A stretch of DNA of 62,933 nucleotides, filler included, from Globobulimina sp. (taxonomy: Eukaryota), in assembly GCA_003354225.1 (NCBI GenBank). It is 28 parts of 28 records of this genome, joined end to end, with 100 filler letters (N's around TTAATTAATTAA, not from the genome) between each part and the next. Parts side by side here need not be neighbours in the genome. Positions count along the whole stretch, not along the records: positions 60,784 to 62,933 come from PIVH01008621.1; 27 more parts are not named here. One strand, written 5' to 3'. The position numbers and the translations under genes are program-made. Below, one piece after another: positions 61,419-62,933 of this stretch (positions are counted from its first letter, which is position 1; each line of letters begins with the position of its first letter). The notes beneath the pieces are model-generated. The model did no database searches. It was not told the origin of the DNA and saw only the letters and a program-made list of their open reading frames with translations.

Positions 61419-62931
61419 CTACAATTTGCTTTTAACAGCAAATGATGCATTATCCAACATAACAATTTCTAAAGAATGAGCTAATTTTTGCGCATTCATC
61501 TTCGTGAAGCATATCGGAGGTTTGATTTTTATGACGCTGTCAAAGGGTCCGTCTGCTGATAATAATAAACAAAATGGTGGTTGAGCCAATTTATTGACAA
61601 TCAATTCAGTTTCACGACTGGCTGGACTTTTAGTTTCTAAATCATTGACCAATTCAACTCCAATAAATAATCCTTTTCCTCTCACATCGCCAATATATAC
61701 ATTTCTACCCTTTTTACAATTAATCCTTCTCTGCAAATTCCGCAGCAAATCAATCAAATGATCCCCAACCATTTGTACATGCTGTAAATAGTTATTTTCT
61801 TTTATAATACGCAACACATTTAATCCTACAATCATACTCACCGGGTTTCCACCAAAAGTATTAAAATATTCTTGATTATAATTGTTTCTTTTAAATCCAA
61901 CCAATATATCTTTCGTAGTCACCACACATGACAATGGAAACCCATTTCCAATGGATTTACCCAAAGTAATTACATCTGGACCGAATTCGTCAAACTCTTT
62001 GTCAACGTATACATATAAAATAATTAACATAAATACACGTACAAAATATGTACATTGTGGTGAGCTGACCTGTATTATGCTGGAAAGCCCAAAAATATGG
62101 AGCTCCTAATCTCCCAAATCCGCATTGAACTTCATCCACAATTATTAGCGGCCTGCTATTTGTTCCATATTTGCTAAGTAACAGTTTTTTAACTTTACAG
62201 AAAAATAGTTTTGGCAGAAAAACTTGTCCGCCACATCCAACCACTGACTCTGCCATAAATGCAGCAACTTTATTTCGTTGGGGATCAATGGAGTCGACTA
62301 ATTTCGATAATTGATGGATATAATAATCACATACAACACTTTCATCAGCGGGATCTCCGCAAAACATCGAATCATTGCAATGTTGACCTCTGTACATATC
62401 GGGGATCGGTAAAAAATGCGTTGTTTTTGGCACAGGTAAAGGTTTGGAGGGTTGGTCTATCAATTTATAACCTGACACATTTATCGTATTTGTAGTGTTG
62501 CCATGATAGGAATGCTGCAATGCTATGATATGTTTTCTTTGCGTATAACTCGTAGAAATACGTAAAGCAAATTCATTTGCCTCGCTACCGCTGTTTGTGA
62601 ACACAGCATAATTTAACGGCGATGGTAATAACGATGTTAATTCTTTTGCATATACTACAATATTTGTGTGTAGATAACGAGTGTTTGTATTTAATAAAGA
62701 CATTTGTTTGGCAGCACATTGTGTGAGAATATCATTGCTATGACCGATGTGCTGAACGTTATTTCTGCAGTCAAGATATTGTTGATTATCAACATCATAT
62801 ACGTATTGGTCTTTTCCCCTCACGATATGGAGCCCATTTTTGATACTCGACGAATATGATAATGATAAACTTGGTGATAGCCGTTTCTTCCGTAAATCTA
62901 CGATTTCCTGATTTGATAACAAAGGCAACAT
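61419..62931 (-). CDS. Class-III PLP aminotransferase (PHYKPL/ETNPPL-like phospho-lyase), 2 exons
   Basis: 'YLDCRNNVQHIGH', 'LNTNTRYLH', 'TNSGSEAN', 'DEVQCGFGRLG', 'PDVITLGKSIGNGFP', 'YFNTFGGNP'; in-frame intron 61997-62069. Confidence 0.92.
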
Positions 62932-62933
62932 GC

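Overview
This window is not a continuous locus. It holds 28 unrelated, size-sorted contigs (2153 down to 2150 bp) joined by an artificial 100-nt spacer, N44-TTAATTAATTAA-N44, so nothing can be inferred across spacers. The DNA is eukaryotic: AT-rich, standard genetic code, with short GT-AG introns of about 50-120 nt. The gene families suggest a foraminiferan or related rhizarian (inference): 'LIVxGYIR'-leader/TLDc proteins, SAM proteins, Gly-rich GGxGG repeat proteins and mucin-like PT proteins. Recognisable genes include a HUWE1/Tom1-like N-terminus, BRAP2, a RagA/Gtr1-like GTPase, a SulP STAS domain, ArfGAP, calcineurin-B-like, a BT1 transporter, FHA, QLQ, BTB, Arf-like, SET, an ACAT-like MBOAT, an OPT transporter, Rrp41 and a class-III aminotransferase. 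The most notable observations are: (1) a ~200-nt multi-stem structured island followed by a T-tract, a candidate unidentified ncRNA; (2) a 33-bp satellite with recurrent inversions, hit twice at the same 8-mer by hAT-like elements; (3) two inverted-repeat-bounded elements carrying host gene fragments; (4) a U-box/GBP-like GTPase with SAM domains inserted into it; (5) an intron-containing vibriolysin-like M4 protease; (6) several paralogs lacking catalytic residues; and (7) frequent GTTNAGT splice donors. All family calls come from motifs recognised by eye; no database search was run.
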